Part shown: positions 50,784 to 62,709 of the stretch, piece after piece | How the letters are laid out: every line of letters begins with the position of its first letter | Position numbering within the stretch: the stretch's first letter is position 1 | Source of the DNA: Nocardioidaceae bacterium | Lineage (GTDB): Bacteria > Actinomycetota > Actinomycetes > Propionibacteriales > Nocardioidaceae | Reading direction: 5' to 3' | Assembly (NCBI GenBank): GCA_035699605.1 | Contig: DASSPN010000102.1 | Location: 314 to 64,313 of the forward strand | DNA length: 64,000 nucleotides | Position numbers and translations under genes: made by a program | The notes under the pieces: model-generated | Seen by the model: only the letters and a program-made list of their open reading frames with translations | Database searches by the model: none | Told to the model about the DNA's origin: nothing

Positions 50784-52285
50784 GCCGACACCTCCTGGGG
50801 AACGAGCGGGCCGCCCCACTGCTGGAGCAGCAGGGCCTCGAGGGCGGCACCGACGCGGTACAGCCGGTCGTCGGCCAGCGCAGGGGCGATGATCTGGAAC
50901 CCGGCCGGCAGGCCGTCCTCGTCGGCAAGGCCGCTGGGCAGCGACATCGCGGGGACTCCGGCGAGGTTGGCCGGGATCGTGGCGACGTCGTTGAGGTACA
51001 TCGCGACCGGGTCGTCGAGCTTGTCGCCGAGCGGGAACGCCGTCGTCGGCGCCGTGGGCGAGACGAGGACGTCGACCTGGCCGAAGGCGGCCTCGAAGTC
51101 GCGGGCGATCAGCGTGCGGACCTTCTGCGCCTGACCGTAGTAGGCGTCGTAGTAGCCGCTGGACAGCGCGTAGGTTCCGAGGATGATGCGCCGCTTCACC
51201 TCGTCGCCGAAGCCGGCGTCGCGGGTCGCACGCATCACCTCCTCGGCCGACGGCGAGCCCTCGGGCACGACGCGCAGTCCGTAGCGCATCGCGTCGAAGC
51301 GCGCCAGGTTGCTCGAGGCCTCCGCGGGAAGGATCAGGTAGTACGTCGCGAGTGCGTGCTTGAACGACGGGCACGACACCTCGACCGTCTCGGCGCCCGC
51401 TTTCACGAGCAGCTCGAGCGCCTCGTCGAATCGGGCCTGCACGCCGGGCTGGTAGCCCTCGCCGCCCAGCTCCTTGATGACCCCGATGCGGACACCGGAC
51501 ATGTCTCCGCTCGCGCCCTGCTGTGCCGACTCGACCAGCGAGTGGATCGGGTCCTTGATCGACGTCGAGTCGAGCGGGTCGTGGCCGCCGATGATCTCGT
51601 GCAGCAGCGCCGAGTCGATGACCGTGCGGGTCACCGGGCCGACCTGGTCGAGCGAGTTGGCAAGGGCCACGAGACCGTAGCGGCTGACCCCGCCGTACGT
51701 CGGCTTCACCCCGACCGTGCCGGTGACCGCAGCGGGCTGGCGGATCGAGCCGCCGGTGTCGGTGCCCAGTGCCCAGGGCGCTTCGAAGGCCGCGACCGCA
51801 GCCGCCGAGCCGCCACCGGAGCCGCCGGGGATACGGGTGTGGTCCCACGGGTTCTTGGTCGGGCCGTAAGCCGAGTGCTCGGTCGACGACCCCATCGCGA
51901 ACTCGTCCATGTTGGTCTTGCCGAGGATCGGGAGGCCGGCCTCCTTCACCAGGCGCACCGTCGTCGCGTCGTACGGCGGCACCCAGCCCTCGAGGATCTT
52001 CGACCCGCAGGTGGTGGGCAGGCCGGTGGTGGCGAGCACGTCCTTGACCGCGATCGGCACGCCGTCGAGAGCCGACCGCGTCTGGCCGGCGGCGCGGCGC
52101 TCGTCGGACTCACGGGCGGCTTGCAGGGCGCCTTCGGCGTCGATGTGCAGGAAGGCGTGGATCTCGACGTCGACGGCGGCCATCCGGTCCAGGAACGCCT
52201 GGGTGATCTCGACGCTGGTGGTGTCGCCGTCGGCCAGCAGGTTGGCCAGGCCTTCCGCGCTCACCCGGGTGGGGTCGTGGCTCAT
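50780..52285 (-). CDS. gatA: Asp-tRNA(Asn)/Glu-tRNA(Gln) amidotransferase subunit A
   Basis: Amidase signature [13 protein letters not shown] and [11 protein letters not shown]. 501 aa. Confidence 0.9.
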   Translation of the reverse strand: MSHDPTRVSAEGLANLLADGDTTSVEITQAFLDRMAAVDVEIHAFLHIDAEGALQAARESDERRAAGQTRSALDGVPIAVKDVLATTGLPTTCGSKILEGWVPPYDATTVRLVKEAGLPILGKTNMDEFAMGSSTEHSAYGPTKNPWDHTRIPGGSGGGSAAAVAAFEAPWALGTDTGGSIRQPAAVTGTVGVKPTYGGVSRYGLVALANSLDQVGPVTRTVIDSALLHEIIGGHDPLDSTSIKDPIHSLVESAQQGASGDMSGVRIGVIKELGGEGYQPGVQARFDEALELLVKAGAETVEVSCPSFKHALATYYLILPAEASSNLARFDAMRYGLRVVPEGSPSAEEVMRATRDAGFGDEVKRRIILGTYALSSGYYDAYYGQAQKVRTLIARDFEAAFGQVDVLVSPTAPTTAFPLGDKLDDPVAMYLNDVATIPANLAGVPAMSLPSGLADEDGLPAGFQIIAPALADDRLYRVGAALEALLLQQWGGPLVPQEVSA

Positions 52286-52581
52286 GCTTCCTCCCCCAGG
52301 ATCCGGGGTACGGCGAACCGCTGCCCCTCGACCTCGGGCGCCCCGGACAGCGCCTGCTCGGGCGTCAGGCTCGGCGTCACGACGTCCTCACGGAACACGT
52401 TGGTGAGCGGTAGGGCGTGCGAGGTCGGGGGTACGTCGGCGGCCGCTACCTCGCTGATCGACTTGATGGAGTCGAGGATGACCGCCAGCTGGGGAGCCAG
52501 GTGGTCGAGCTCGGCCTCGTCCAGGTCGATCCGCGCCAGGTCGGCCAGGTGCGCGACGTCGTCACGGGTGATCTCGGGCAT
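52282..52581 (-). CDS. gatC: Asp-tRNA(Asn)/Glu-tRNA(Gln) amidotransferase subunit C
   Basis: 99 aa, [17 protein letters not shown]...[14 protein letters not shown] overlap with gatA. Confidence 0.9.
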   Translation of the reverse strand: MPEITRDDVAHLADLARIDLDEAELDHLAPQLAVILDSIKSISEVAAADVPPTSHALPLTNVFREDVVTPSLTPEQALSGAPEVEGQRFAVPRILGEEA

Positions 52582-52640
52582 GGCCGCAATCCTATGAGTC
52601 GCGAGCGGGTGCGCTCCGCCCGGGACGAGGGAGAAGGGCG

Positions 52641-52670
52641 AGAGGGTTGGCCCCGGAGGGCCAACCCTCT
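52641..52670. terminator. Perfect 12-bp GC-rich hairpin in the ligA-gatC spacer
   Basis: AGAGGGTTGGCC-ccggag-GGCCAACCCTCT. No U-tract on either strand. Lies 60 nt upstream of the gatC start. Confidence 0.45.
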
Positions 52671-52933
52671 ACTTCCGTGACCTGTCCTCTTCCGGATTTC
52701 CCCACCCGGAGTCACGGCGTGCCACCCCGGCAACGCTTCCGTGTGTCATCGGCTCCACCCCTTCGTGACATCCCCCGACATCACGGTAAAGACGGGAAAC
52801 AGGGCGTTTCTAGTGGCCAAAAGGGGACATAGCGACGAGGCATTCCCGACCTATCCTGTTTTGCCGGGAAAGGCACGACGTGACTCATATTCAGGTCCAC
52901 CGATACCGGGACATTCCCTGTCTCGCCGGACCT

Positions 52934-55060
<2,127 letters not shown>

Positions 55061-55150
55061 TCAGCCCGGCATGCCAGGCCCTAGCCGTGGGAGTCGGGGA
55101 GTCGTAGATTGCAGGAGTATCAGCGCCTCACGCGGAGTGGGAGCCGACGC

Positions 55151-57487
55151 GTGGCCGAACCGTACGACCCCGTCCGTGCGCGGAGACGAGTTCTCGTCAG
55201 CGGCGTTGTGCAGGGCGTCGGTTTCCGGCCACACGCGTACGCCCTGGCGACGTCGCTCCACCTGTCGGGGTCGGTGTGGAACACCGGCAGCGGCGTCGTC
55301 GTCGAGGTGGAAGGTGATGCTCCCGGTGTCCAAGATTTCTGCCTCCGGATCGGGACGGAGGCCCCACCGCTCGCCGTCGTCTCCGAGGTGTCCTGGCAGG
55401 ACCTCCCTCCTCTCGGGGGCACGGGCTTCACGATCCTGGAGTCCGCGCACTCCGTAGGTCGCACGTTCGTCTCCCCTGACGTCACCGTCTGCGACGACTG
55501 CCTCGCGGACCTCGTCGACCCGGCGAACCGGAGGTACCGGCACCCGTTCGTGACGTGCACGAACTGCGGGCCGCGCTTCACGGTCGTCACCGCTCTTCCC
55601 TACGACCGGCCCGCGACGACGATGGCGGGCTTCCCGATGTGCCAGGCATGCGCGCAGGAGTACGGCGACCCGGCCGACCGTCGCTTCCACGCGCAGACCG
55701 TCTGCTGTCCTCACTGCGGTCCGCAGCTCAGGCTGCAGCGTGAGCACCGCGCCACGACGTACGGCGAGCAGGCGCTCGTCGAAGCGCGGCGCCTCGTCGC
55801 CGACGGAGCGGTACTCGCCGTGAAGGGCATCGGCGGCTACCACCTGGCGTGCGACGCGACCGACGAGCAGGCTGTCGCGACGCTGCGCAAGCGCAAGCAG
55901 CGCGGTGACAAGGCCTTCGCCGTCCTGGTCCGCACGCTCGACGACGCCGCGTGTCTGGTCGAGCTGGACAACGCCACCCGGTCGGCGGTGCGCGCGCGAA
56001 GCCGACCGATCGTGCTGGCCCCTCGGCTCGCCGGATCGACCGTCGCTTCCTCGGTCGCCCCCGGCTCCGCCGACCTCGGTGTGATGCTGGCCTACACCCC
56101 CCTGCACCATCTGCTGCTCGGGCTGCCCGGTGACCCCGCCGGCCCGCTCGCGCTGGTGATGACCAGCGGCAACCTGTCCGGCGAGCCGATCGTGACCGAC
56201 GACGCGGAGGCGCTGGACCGGCTGGCACCCTTCGTCGACGGGTGGCTGGCGCACGACCGCCCGATCCACGTGCCGTGCGACGACTCGGTGACCCGGGTGG
56301 TCGCGGGACTCGTCGCGCCGGTCCGCCGGTCGCGGGGCGAGGCACCCCTCCCTCTGACGCTGCCGTTCGAGGTGCCCGCGACGCTCGCCGTCGGCGGCGA
56401 CCTCAAGAACACCTTCTGCGTCGCCGAGGGCCGGCTCGCGTGGATGTCCGCCCACGTCGGGGACATGGACGACCTGGCGACGTTGCAGGCCTTCGAGCGG
56501 GCGGAGGCACACCTCGAGCTGCTGACCGGCGTCACGCCGACGACGATCGCCGTCGACCGGCACCCGGCGTACCGCTCTCGCCGGTGGGCGCTCGAGCACG
56601 CCGACGGGCGCGAGGTCGTCGAGGTGCAGCACCACCACGCGCACGTGGCGTCGACGATGGCCGAGCACGGCGTCGAGAGCGGCACACCTGTGCTCGGCGT
56701 CGCCTTCGACGGGACCGGGTACGGCGACGACGGCGCCTCGTGGGGCGGCGAGTTCCTGGTGGCTGACTACGCGGCGTTCGAGCGAGCCGCGCACCTCCGC
56801 TACGTGCTGCTCCCCGGCGGGGACGAGGGCGTGCGCAACCCCTGCCGGATGGCCCTGTCGCACCTGCGCAGCGCCGGTCTGGAGTGGGACGAGCGGATCC
56901 CCTCCGTGCGCGCCTGCAGCGAGGTCGAGCTCGGCCTCCTCGACCGACAGCTGACCACCGGGTTCCGGTGCGCTCCCACCTCGAGCATGGGCCGGCTCTT
57001 CGACGCCGTCGCCTCCATCGCCGGCATCTGCCACCGCGTCGGGTACGACGCGCAGGCCGCCTTGGAGCTGGAGGCGCTCGCGCGCCCGCACGGCACCGTC
57101 GGCGGCTACCGCTTCGGCCCCGGCCTCGACGCGGCCCCGGTCGTCGCCGCGGCGGCCGAGGACGCCGGTGCGGGCAAGGACCCCGGTCTGGTGGCCGCGC
57201 GGTTCCAGCACGCCGTCGTCGCGCTGGTCGCCGAGGTTGCGGCCCGGTTGCGCGACGAGACCGGCCTCTCCACCCTCACCCTCAGCGGAGGCGTGTTCCT
57301 CAACGCCTTCCTCACCCAGACGTGCGCCACCGTCCTCAAGGCTGACGGCTTCGACGTGCTGCTCCACCACAAGGTTCCGGCGTCCGACGCGGGGATCGCT
57401 CTCGGACAGGTCGCGGTGCTCGCGCACCGCGGCTCCCCCCCACCACGGCAGCGCGTGCTGTCGGCAAAGGAGTCGCCATGTGCCTAG
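55151..57487 (+). CDS. hypF: [NiFe]-hydrogenase maturation carbamoyltransferase HypF
   Basis: Acylphosphatase domain VSGVVQGVGFRP, two Zn fingers CDDCLADL..CTNCGPRF and CQAC..CPHCGP, plus YrdC-like and Kae1-like domains. The start is ambiguous (TTG 55109 or GTG 55151). Confidence 0.85.
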   Translation: MAEPYDPVRARRRVLVSGVVQGVGFRPHAYALATSLHLSGSVWNTGSGVVVEVEGDAPGVQDFCLRIGTEAPPLAVVSEVSWQDLPPLGGTGFTILESAHSVGRTFVSPDVTVCDDCLADLVDPANRRYRHPFVTCTNCGPRFTVVTALPYDRPATTMAGFPMCQACAQEYGDPADRRFHAQTVCCPHCGPQLRLQREHRATTYGEQALVEARRLVADGAVLAVKGIGGYHLACDATDEQAVATLRKRKQRGDKAFAVLVRTLDDAACLVELDNATRSAVRARSRPIVLAPRLAGSTVASSVAPGSADLGVMLAYTPLHHLLLGLPGDPAGPLALVMTSGNLSGEPIVTDDAEALDRLAPFVDGWLAHDRPIHVPCDDSVTRVVAGLVAPVRRSRGEAPLPLTLPFEVPATLAVGGDLKNTFCVAEGRLAWMSAHVGDMDDLATLQAFERAEAHLELLTGVTPTTIAVDRHPAYRSRRWALEHADGREVVEVQHHHAHVASTMAEHGVESGTPVLGVAFDGTGYGDDGASWGGEFLVADYAAFERAAHLRYVLLPGGDEGVRNPCRMALSHLRSAGLEWDERIPSVRACSEVELGLLDRQLTTGFRCAPTSSMGRLFDAVASIAGICHRVGYDAQAALELEALARPHGTVGGYRFGPGLDAAPVVAAAAEDAGAGKDPGLVAARFQHAVVALVAEVAARLRDETGLSTLTLSGGVFLNAFLTQTCATVLKADGFDVLLHHKVPASDAGIALGQVAVLAHRGSPPPRQRVLSAKESPCA

Positions 57488-57807
57488 CCGTCCCAGGACA
57501 GGTACTGGAGATCAGTGAGAAGGACGGGACCCGCATCGCCCAGGTCGACTTCGGCGGTGTCACCAAAGAGGTGTGCCTGGAGTACGTCCCCGACCTGCAG
57601 GTCGGCGAGTACACCATCGTGCACGTCGGCTTCGCGCTCCAGCGCCTCGACGAGCAGTCGGCGCTGGAGACGCTGGAGATCTTCAGGCAGATGGGCGAGC
57701 TGGAAGCCGAGTTCGGCGACCAGTGGGGCCGTGCGGCCGAGCAGGCCGGCCTGCCCCGACCCGACCTCGCCCCCACGATGCAGGACCTGGAAGGAGGCTC
57801 CCGGTGA
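57478..57807 (+). CDS. hypC: Hydrogenase assembly chaperone HypC/HupF family
   Basis: [10 protein letters not shown]-terminus (essential Cys2) and [12 protein letters not shown]. Confidence 0.85.
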   Translation: MCLAVPGQVLEISEKDGTRIAQVDFGGVTKEVCLEYVPDLQVGEYTIVHVGFALQRLDEQSALETLEIFRQMGELEAEFGDQWGRAAEQAGLPRPDLAPTMQDLEGGSR

Positions 57808-58961
57808 AGTACCTCGAGGAGTTCCAGAACCCCGAGCTGGCCAAGCGCCTGCTCGACGACATCCACGCCACCACGACGCAGCCGTGGGCGATGATGGAGG
57901 TCTGCGGGGGCCAGACGCACTCGATCATCAGGCACGGTCTCGACCAGCTGCTCCCGGAAGGCATCGAGCTGATCCACGGCCCGGGCTGCCCGGTGTGCGT
58001 CACCCCGCTCGAGGTCATCGACAAGGCGCTCGAGATCGCTTCGCGACCCGACGTCATCTTCTGCTCGTTCGGCGACATGCTCCGGGTGCCCGGCAGCGAG
58101 AGGGACCTGTTCCGGGTGAAGAGCGCGGGCGGCGACGTACGCGTCGTCTACTCCCCGCTCGACGCGCTGAACCTGGCCCGTGACAACCCCGACAAGCAGG
58201 TGGTGTTCTTCGGGATCGGGTTCGAGACCACGGCACCTCCGAACGCGATGACGGTCTACCAGGCCAAGAAGCTCGGCATCGACAACTTCAGCCTGCTGGT
58301 CAGCCACGTCCGGGTACCACCGGCGATCGAGGCGATCATGACGTCGCCGGTGTGCCGGGTGCAGGCGTTCCTCGCGGCGGGGCACGTGTGCACGGTGATG
58401 GGTACGACGGAGTACCCGGTGCTGTCGGAGCGGTTCAAGGTTCCGATCATCGTCACCGGCTTCGAGCCGCTCGACATCCTCGAAGGGATCCGCCGGGCGG
58501 TGCACCAGCTCGAGGAGGGCCGGGCCGAGGTCGAGAACGCGTACCCGCGTGTGGTCGCCCCCGAGGGCAACCCGGTGGCGATCAAGATGCTCGAGGACGT
58601 CTTCGAGGTCGTCGACCGGGCGTGGCGTGGCATCGGGATGATCCCGCAGAGCGGCTGGCGACTGTCGGAGAAGTACCGCCCGTTCGACGCGGAGCACCGC
58701 TTCGAGGTCACCGGGATCAACACCCAGGAGTCGAGTGCTTGCCGCAGTGGCGAGGTCCTGCAGGGGCTGATCAAGCCGCACGAGTGCGCGGCCTTCGGCA
58801 CGCTGTGCACGCCGCGCAACCCGCTCGGCGCGACGATGGTGTCGAGCGAGGGCGCCTGTGCGGCGTACTACCTCTATCGCCGGATGCAGCTGCCCGTGGT
58901 GAGCGACCAAGCCGTGGTGCCCGAGCAGGTGGTGGTGCAGGAGGTGACCCCCGTTGGTTGA
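57804..58961 (+). CDS. hypD: Hydrogenase formation protein HypD
   Basis: [19 protein letters not shown] and FETTAP motifs. GTGA overlap with hypC. Confidence 0.9.
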   Translation: MKYLEEFQNPELAKRLLDDIHATTTQPWAMMEVCGGQTHSIIRHGLDQLLPEGIELIHGPGCPVCVTPLEVIDKALEIASRPDVIFCSFGDMLRVPGSERDLFRVKSAGGDVRVVYSPLDALNLARDNPDKQVVFFGIGFETTAPPNAMTVYQAKKLGIDNFSLLVSHVRVPPAIEAIMTSPVCRVQAFLAAGHVCTVMGTTEYPVLSERFKVPIIVTGFEPLDILEGIRRAVHQLEEGRAEVENAYPRVVAPEGNPVAIKMLEDVFEVVDRAWRGIGMIPQSGWRLSEKYRPFDAEHRFEVTGINTQESSACRSGEVLQGLIKPHECAAFGTLCTPRNPLGATMVSSEGACAAYYLYRRMQLPVVSDQAVVPEQVVVQEVTPVG

Positions 58962-58962
58962 G

Positions 58963-60039
58963 ATGGCGTCGCGAGCGGCCCTCGACCAGCCGGTGACCTT
59001 CGAGGGGTGGACCTGTCCGCTCCCCCTGCGGGACAGCCCCACGATCGTCATGGGCCACGGCGGCGGCGGTGCGATGTCCGGCGAGCTCGTCGAGCACGTC
59101 TTCCTGCCGAGCTTCGCGGACGCGTCGCTTCAGCAGCTGGGCGACTCGGCGGTCCTGCCCTTCCTCGGCGGACGGCTGGCGTTCTCGACCGACTCGTTCG
59201 TCGTCCGGCCGCTGTTCTTCCCGGGCGGGAGCATCGGCGACCTGGCCGTGAACGGGACGGTGAACGACCTCGCGATGAGTGGCGCCCAGGCGCTGTTCCT
59301 CTCGACGGCGTTCATCCTCGAGGAAGGCTGTGACCTCACGAAGGTGGGTGCCGTCGCGCAGCGGATCGGCGACGCAGCAAGGCACGCCGGGGTCCGCATC
59401 GTGACCGGTGACACCAAGGTGGTGGAGAGCGGTCACGGCGACGCGATCTACGTGAACACCGCAGGTGTCGGCGTGGTCCCCGACGGCGTCGACATCCGGC
59501 CCGACCGCGCCAGACCCGGAGACGTGGTGATCGTCAGCGGTGAGATCGGCGTGCACGGCATCGCGATCATGAGCGTCCGCGAGGGCCTGCAGTTCGGTGC
59601 CGACATCGAGAGCGACTGCCAGCCGCTGAACGGGCTGGTGGCGGCGATGCTCGAGGTGACGACCGACCTGCACGTCCTGCGTGACCCCACGCGTGGTGGC
59701 GTCGCCACGTCGCTCAACGAGATCGCCCGCGCCTCGAAGGTGGGCGTGGCGCTCGACGAGCGGCTGCTGCCGATCCCGGAGGTGGTCGCGAACGCGTGCT
59801 CGTTCCTCGGCCTCGACCCGTTGCAGGTCGCCAACGAGGGCAAGCTGCTCGCGTTCGTCGCTCCCGAGGACGCCGACTCCGTGCTCGAGGCGATGCGGGC
59901 TCATCCCGCGGGTGCGGACGCCGCGGTGATCGGGCGCTGCGTCGACGAGCATCCGGGCATGGTGTCGACCGTGACCGGGTTCGGCGCGAGACGCGTGGTC
60001 GACCTGCCCATCGGCGAGCAGCTCCCCCGGATCTGCTGA
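58963..60039 (+). CDS. hypE: Hydrogenase expression/formation protein HypE
   Basis: AIR-synthase-like fold with HGGGG and a C-terminal PRIC (the Cys carrying thiocyanate). Confidence 0.9.
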   Translation: MASRAALDQPVTFEGWTCPLPLRDSPTIVMGHGGGGAMSGELVEHVFLPSFADASLQQLGDSAVLPFLGGRLAFSTDSFVVRPLFFPGGSIGDLAVNGTVNDLAMSGAQALFLSTAFILEEGCDLTKVGAVAQRIGDAARHAGVRIVTGDTKVVESGHGDAIYVNTAGVGVVPDGVDIRPDRARPGDVVIVSGEIGVHGIAIMSVREGLQFGADIESDCQPLNGLVAAMLEVTTDLHVLRDPTRGGVATSLNEIARASKVGVALDERLLPIPEVVANACSFLGLDPLQVANEGKLLAFVAPEDADSVLEAMRAHPAGADAAVIGRCVDEHPGMVSTVTGFGARRVVDLPIGEQLPRIC

Positions 60040-60042
60040 GCC

Positions 60043-60321
60043 ATGAAGTTCCTCGTGCTCTGGCATCTCGAGCAGTCGCTGCTCTCCGACGCGATGGTGC
60101 GCGCGATCGCTCGGATGCCGGAGTACGGCACCCGACTGGAACAGCAGGGGAAGGTGCTGATGCGCTACCACATCGTCGGCGCGCACGGCGGTGCCTGGAT
60201 CTACGACGTGGACTCGCACGAGGAGTTCGAGCGGCTCCTCGCGGTGGCACCGGTCTTCAACTTCTCGAAGTACACGATCCACCCGCTGGCGGACATGACA
60301 GGAGGCGCTCATGACGAGTGA
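60043..60321 (+). CDS. Muconolactone-isomerase-like (ferredoxin-fold) small protein
   Basis: 92 aa, MKFLVLWHLE...HIVGAHGGAWIYDVDSHEEFERLL. The family is from memory. Lies 3 nt after hypE. Confidence 0.55.
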   Translation: MKFLVLWHLEQSLLSDAMVRAIARMPEYGTRLEQQGKVLMRYHIVGAHGGAWIYDVDSHEEFERLLAVAPVFNFSKYTIHPLADMTGGAHDE

Positions 60322-60748
60322 GCCCACGACCCGACTCTCGCGGTACGACGAGCTGGGCACGCATCGCCACCTGTTGATCAGCGAACGGCTCCGCCAGCGG
60401 CGCCGCGAGCTCGGGCTCACCCAGAAGGAGGTCGTCGCCCGGTTGCGGCGGATCGGTGTGCTCACCACCAACAAGGCGCTGTCGAGCCTCGAGCACGGAG
60501 CAGGACTCGACGTCTGCAAGCTGCCCGAGCTGGCCCGGGCCCTGGACTGCTCGCTGACCTACCTGGTGGGGCTGACCGACGACCCGCTCAGCTGGGAGCC
60601 GGACGCCGACCGCTGGGTCCCGGCGAAGCGGCCGCGGATCACGCGGGTGGCCGCGCCTCCGTCGGACCCAGCCGTGGAGCCCCTTCGACAGTCACCCACG
60701 CCGGTGCCGCAGCCGACCGGCCCGATGGTGCTGGGGCCGATGGGCTGA
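60311..60748 (+). CDS. XRE-family helix-turn-helix regulator
   Basis: ISERLRQRRRELGLTQKEVVARL...ELARALDCSLTYLVGLTDDP, followed by a Pro-rich tail. Confidence 0.7.
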   Translation: MTSEPTTRLSRYDELGTHRHLLISERLRQRRRELGLTQKEVVARLRRIGVLTTNKALSSLEHGAGLDVCKLPELARALDCSLTYLVGLTDDPLSWEPDADRWVPAKRPRITRVAAPPSDPAVEPLRQSPTPVPQPTGPMVLGPMG

Positions 60749-60749
60749 C

Positions 60750-60854
60750 TCACATCCTGCGGATGCGCAGGTACCGCTTGATGTCCGGCAGCGAGGTCAC
60801 CGCCGCAACGGCAGCTCCTACGCCGGCCACGACCAGCACGATGAGCTTGATCAT
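60750..60854 (-). CDS. Unlisted 34-aa single-TM ORF (MIKLIVLVVAGVGAAVAAVTSLPDIKRYLRIRRM)
   Basis: GAGGAGGTGG RBS 6 nt before ATG 60854. It is the last gene of the minus-strand hydrogenase operon. The PDIKRYLRIR motif resembles small proteins I recall from actinobacterial hydrogenase loci. It is below the ORF-track length cutoff. Confidence 0.5.
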   Translation of the reverse strand: MIKLIVLVVAGVGAAVAAVTSLPDIKRYLRIRRM

Positions 60855-60865
60855 GATCCACCTCC

Positions 60866-61384
60866 TCACTCGACGCCGACTCGGAGCCGCCCGACCTCAC
60901 GCTCCACCACCTCGACGACCAGGTCGGCAGCCGGGCCGACCGCAGCGGCGACAGCAGGCGTGAGCCCGATGCCGTCGTCCAGGGACTCGGGCTGGACACC
61001 GACGACGACGATCCGGTCCACCGACCCTCCGAGTACGGGCACCAGCTCCATCGCCCCACCGGGCGACAGGTCGTGGGCGTCGAGCATGACCTCGGGAAGG
61101 GCGTCGTCGGCGGGCCTGCGCGGGGGCAGGTCGGGCTCCAGGACGAAGAGCGTCCCCGGCGCCCCCTCCTGCTGCCCCACCGTGTCGACGAGCACGAGTA
61201 CGTCGTACCCGTCCAGCAGCTCGTAGACCAGGTGCACAGCACGGATCCCGTAGTCCTCGAGCCGGACCCCCTCCGGCAGCTGGCGGCCGACCAGCGCTCT
61301 CGCGACCTCCACGCCGAAGGCGTCGTCGGTCTTGAAGATGTTGCCGACGCAGGCGACCAGGACTCTGCACCTCGTGGGGCTCAT
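60866..61384 (-). CDS. Hydrogenase maturation endopeptidase (HyaD/HybD/HycI family)
   Basis: VLVACVGNIFKTDDAFG (Asp metal ligand), LVLVD, and the DAHDLSP region. ATG 61384 overlaps the upstream gene's stop. Confidence 0.8.
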   Translation of the reverse strand: MSPTRCRVLVACVGNIFKTDDAFGVEVARALVGRQLPEGVRLEDYGIRAVHLVYELLDGYDVLVLVDTVGQQEGAPGTLFVLEPDLPPRRPADDALPEVMLDAHDLSPGGAMELVPVLGGSVDRIVVVGVQPESLDDGIGLTPAVAAAVGPAADLVVEVVEREVGRLRVGVE

Positions 61385-62709
61385 CCGGTCACCTCCGCCA
61401 ACGGCTCTACCTCGTCCGGGGCGAAGTAGAGGTAGCGGCCGTGGGCCAGCTTGAGGTCTGCACCCGGGTCGTCGTCGAGGGTGACCGCCAGGTGCTGGCT
61501 CCCGTCGACGTCGTGGAGCACGGCGGCGACGGTGGCGTGCCGCCCGGACAGGAACAGGTCGTGGGCGTCGGCCCGACGGGCGCCCGGTCGCAGGAGCACG
61601 TGCGAGCCGCGCGAGACCTCGACGTCGCCGATGCGGATCGCGTCGCTCTCGGGCTCGTACGCGCCGTCGGCACCCGGGTCCCACCAGGGCACGTCGAGGC
61701 GGGGAGCCGACTCCGGCGGCGGGGCCAGTGGCGCCATCGCGTCGAGGTAGCGCACGGTGCCGTGCAGCCGGTCCCACAGCTCGTCGGGCATGTGCTCGAC
61801 CTCGTCGAGCAGCGCGGCGGCCCGCGGGTCGGTACCCCGCACCTCGCGCTTCTCCTCCTCCGACAGCGTCATCGTGCGCAGGCTGAGCAGCTCGTCGACC
61901 TCCAGGGAGTCGAAGAAGGCAGACTCGCTCTGCGGCGCCAGCTCGGGGTGGTCGTACAGGATGATCGGCGAGCTGAGCACGACACCGGCCTGGTCAGCCG
62001 GGCCCGCAAGCACGGGGAACAGGCCGTCGTTCCGGCACCCGGCGACGAGACCGGCGGCCCACTGCGGCCCGTCGAGCTGCGACACGAAGGAGGCGCCCTC
62101 GACCTCGAGCAGGAGATGGCACGCGACGAGGGCGCGCCGGAGCCACACCCGCCTGGCATCCACGTCCGCCACCCGTGCGGTGCGGTTCTCGACGACGACC
62201 GTCACGACCGAGACGGGGAACGGCGACTCCGGATGCTGCACCCGGGTGACGATCCCCGCGGAGAGGGGCTCCCACACGCGCACCAGACGTCCGCCGGCAA
62301 TCTCCTCGCTCTCCGTCCCGCCGGACACCTCGTACGTCGAGTCCGACGCCTCGTCGAGAGGTACGTCGAGCACCAGCTCGACCTCGCGGGCCTCCTCGTA
62401 GGGCACGTAGGTCACGTCCCCCACTTCGAGCCGGTCCACTGGCGAACCGGACGCGTCTTCGACGTACCGCTGCTGTACCTGGAGGAAGCGGACCGTGGCC
62501 CGCAGCGCGGTCGCGCGGCCGTCGACGACGACGTCCGTGCGGTTGGCGCTGCGCTCCGACTCGTCGCGCGCGACGACGTCGGCGGGCATCAGGACTCCCC
62601 ACTGCCAGCGCACCTGGTTCTTCGGGGCGCTGGCGCGGTACGGGTAGAGGAGGTAGCCCTCGTAGAGGACCGCGTCCGCCACCGCGCGTGCCGACTCCAG
62701 CGGGGTCAC
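61381..62709 (-). CDS. Conserved hydrogenase-cluster protein of unknown function (442 aa)
   Basis: GTG 62709 overlaps the upstream stop (GTGA). Normal composition. Begins TPLESARAVADAVLYEGYLLYPYRASAPKNQVRWQWGVLMP. Confidence 0.65.
   Translation of the reverse strand: MTPLESARAVADAVLYEGYLLYPYRASAPKNQVRWQWGVLMPADVVARDESERSANRTDVVVDGRATALRATVRFLQVQQRYVEDASGSPVDRLEVGDVTYVPYEEAREVELVLDVPLDEASDSTYEVSGGTESEEIAGGRLVRVWEPLSAGIVTRVQHPESPFPVSVVTVVVENRTARVADVDARRVWLRRALVACHLLLEVEGASFVSQLDGPQWAAGLVAGCRNDGLFPVLAGPADQAGVVLSSPIILYDHPELAPQSESAFFDSLEVDELLSLRTMTLSEEEKREVRGTDPRAAALLDEVEHMPDELWDRLHGTVRYLDAMAPLAPPPESAPRLDVPWWDPGADGAYEPESDAIRIGDVEVSRGSHVLLRPGARRADAHDLFLSGRHATVAAVLHDVDGSQHLAVTLDDDPGADLKLAHGRYLYFAPDEVEPLAEVTG

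Noticed and set aside
55061-60519. Three long minus-strand ORFs (55061-57427, 57336-59051, 58771-60519)
   Set aside because: They are antisense to hypF, hypD and hypE, all of which carry hallmark motifs. The antisense translations have no motifs and biased composition.
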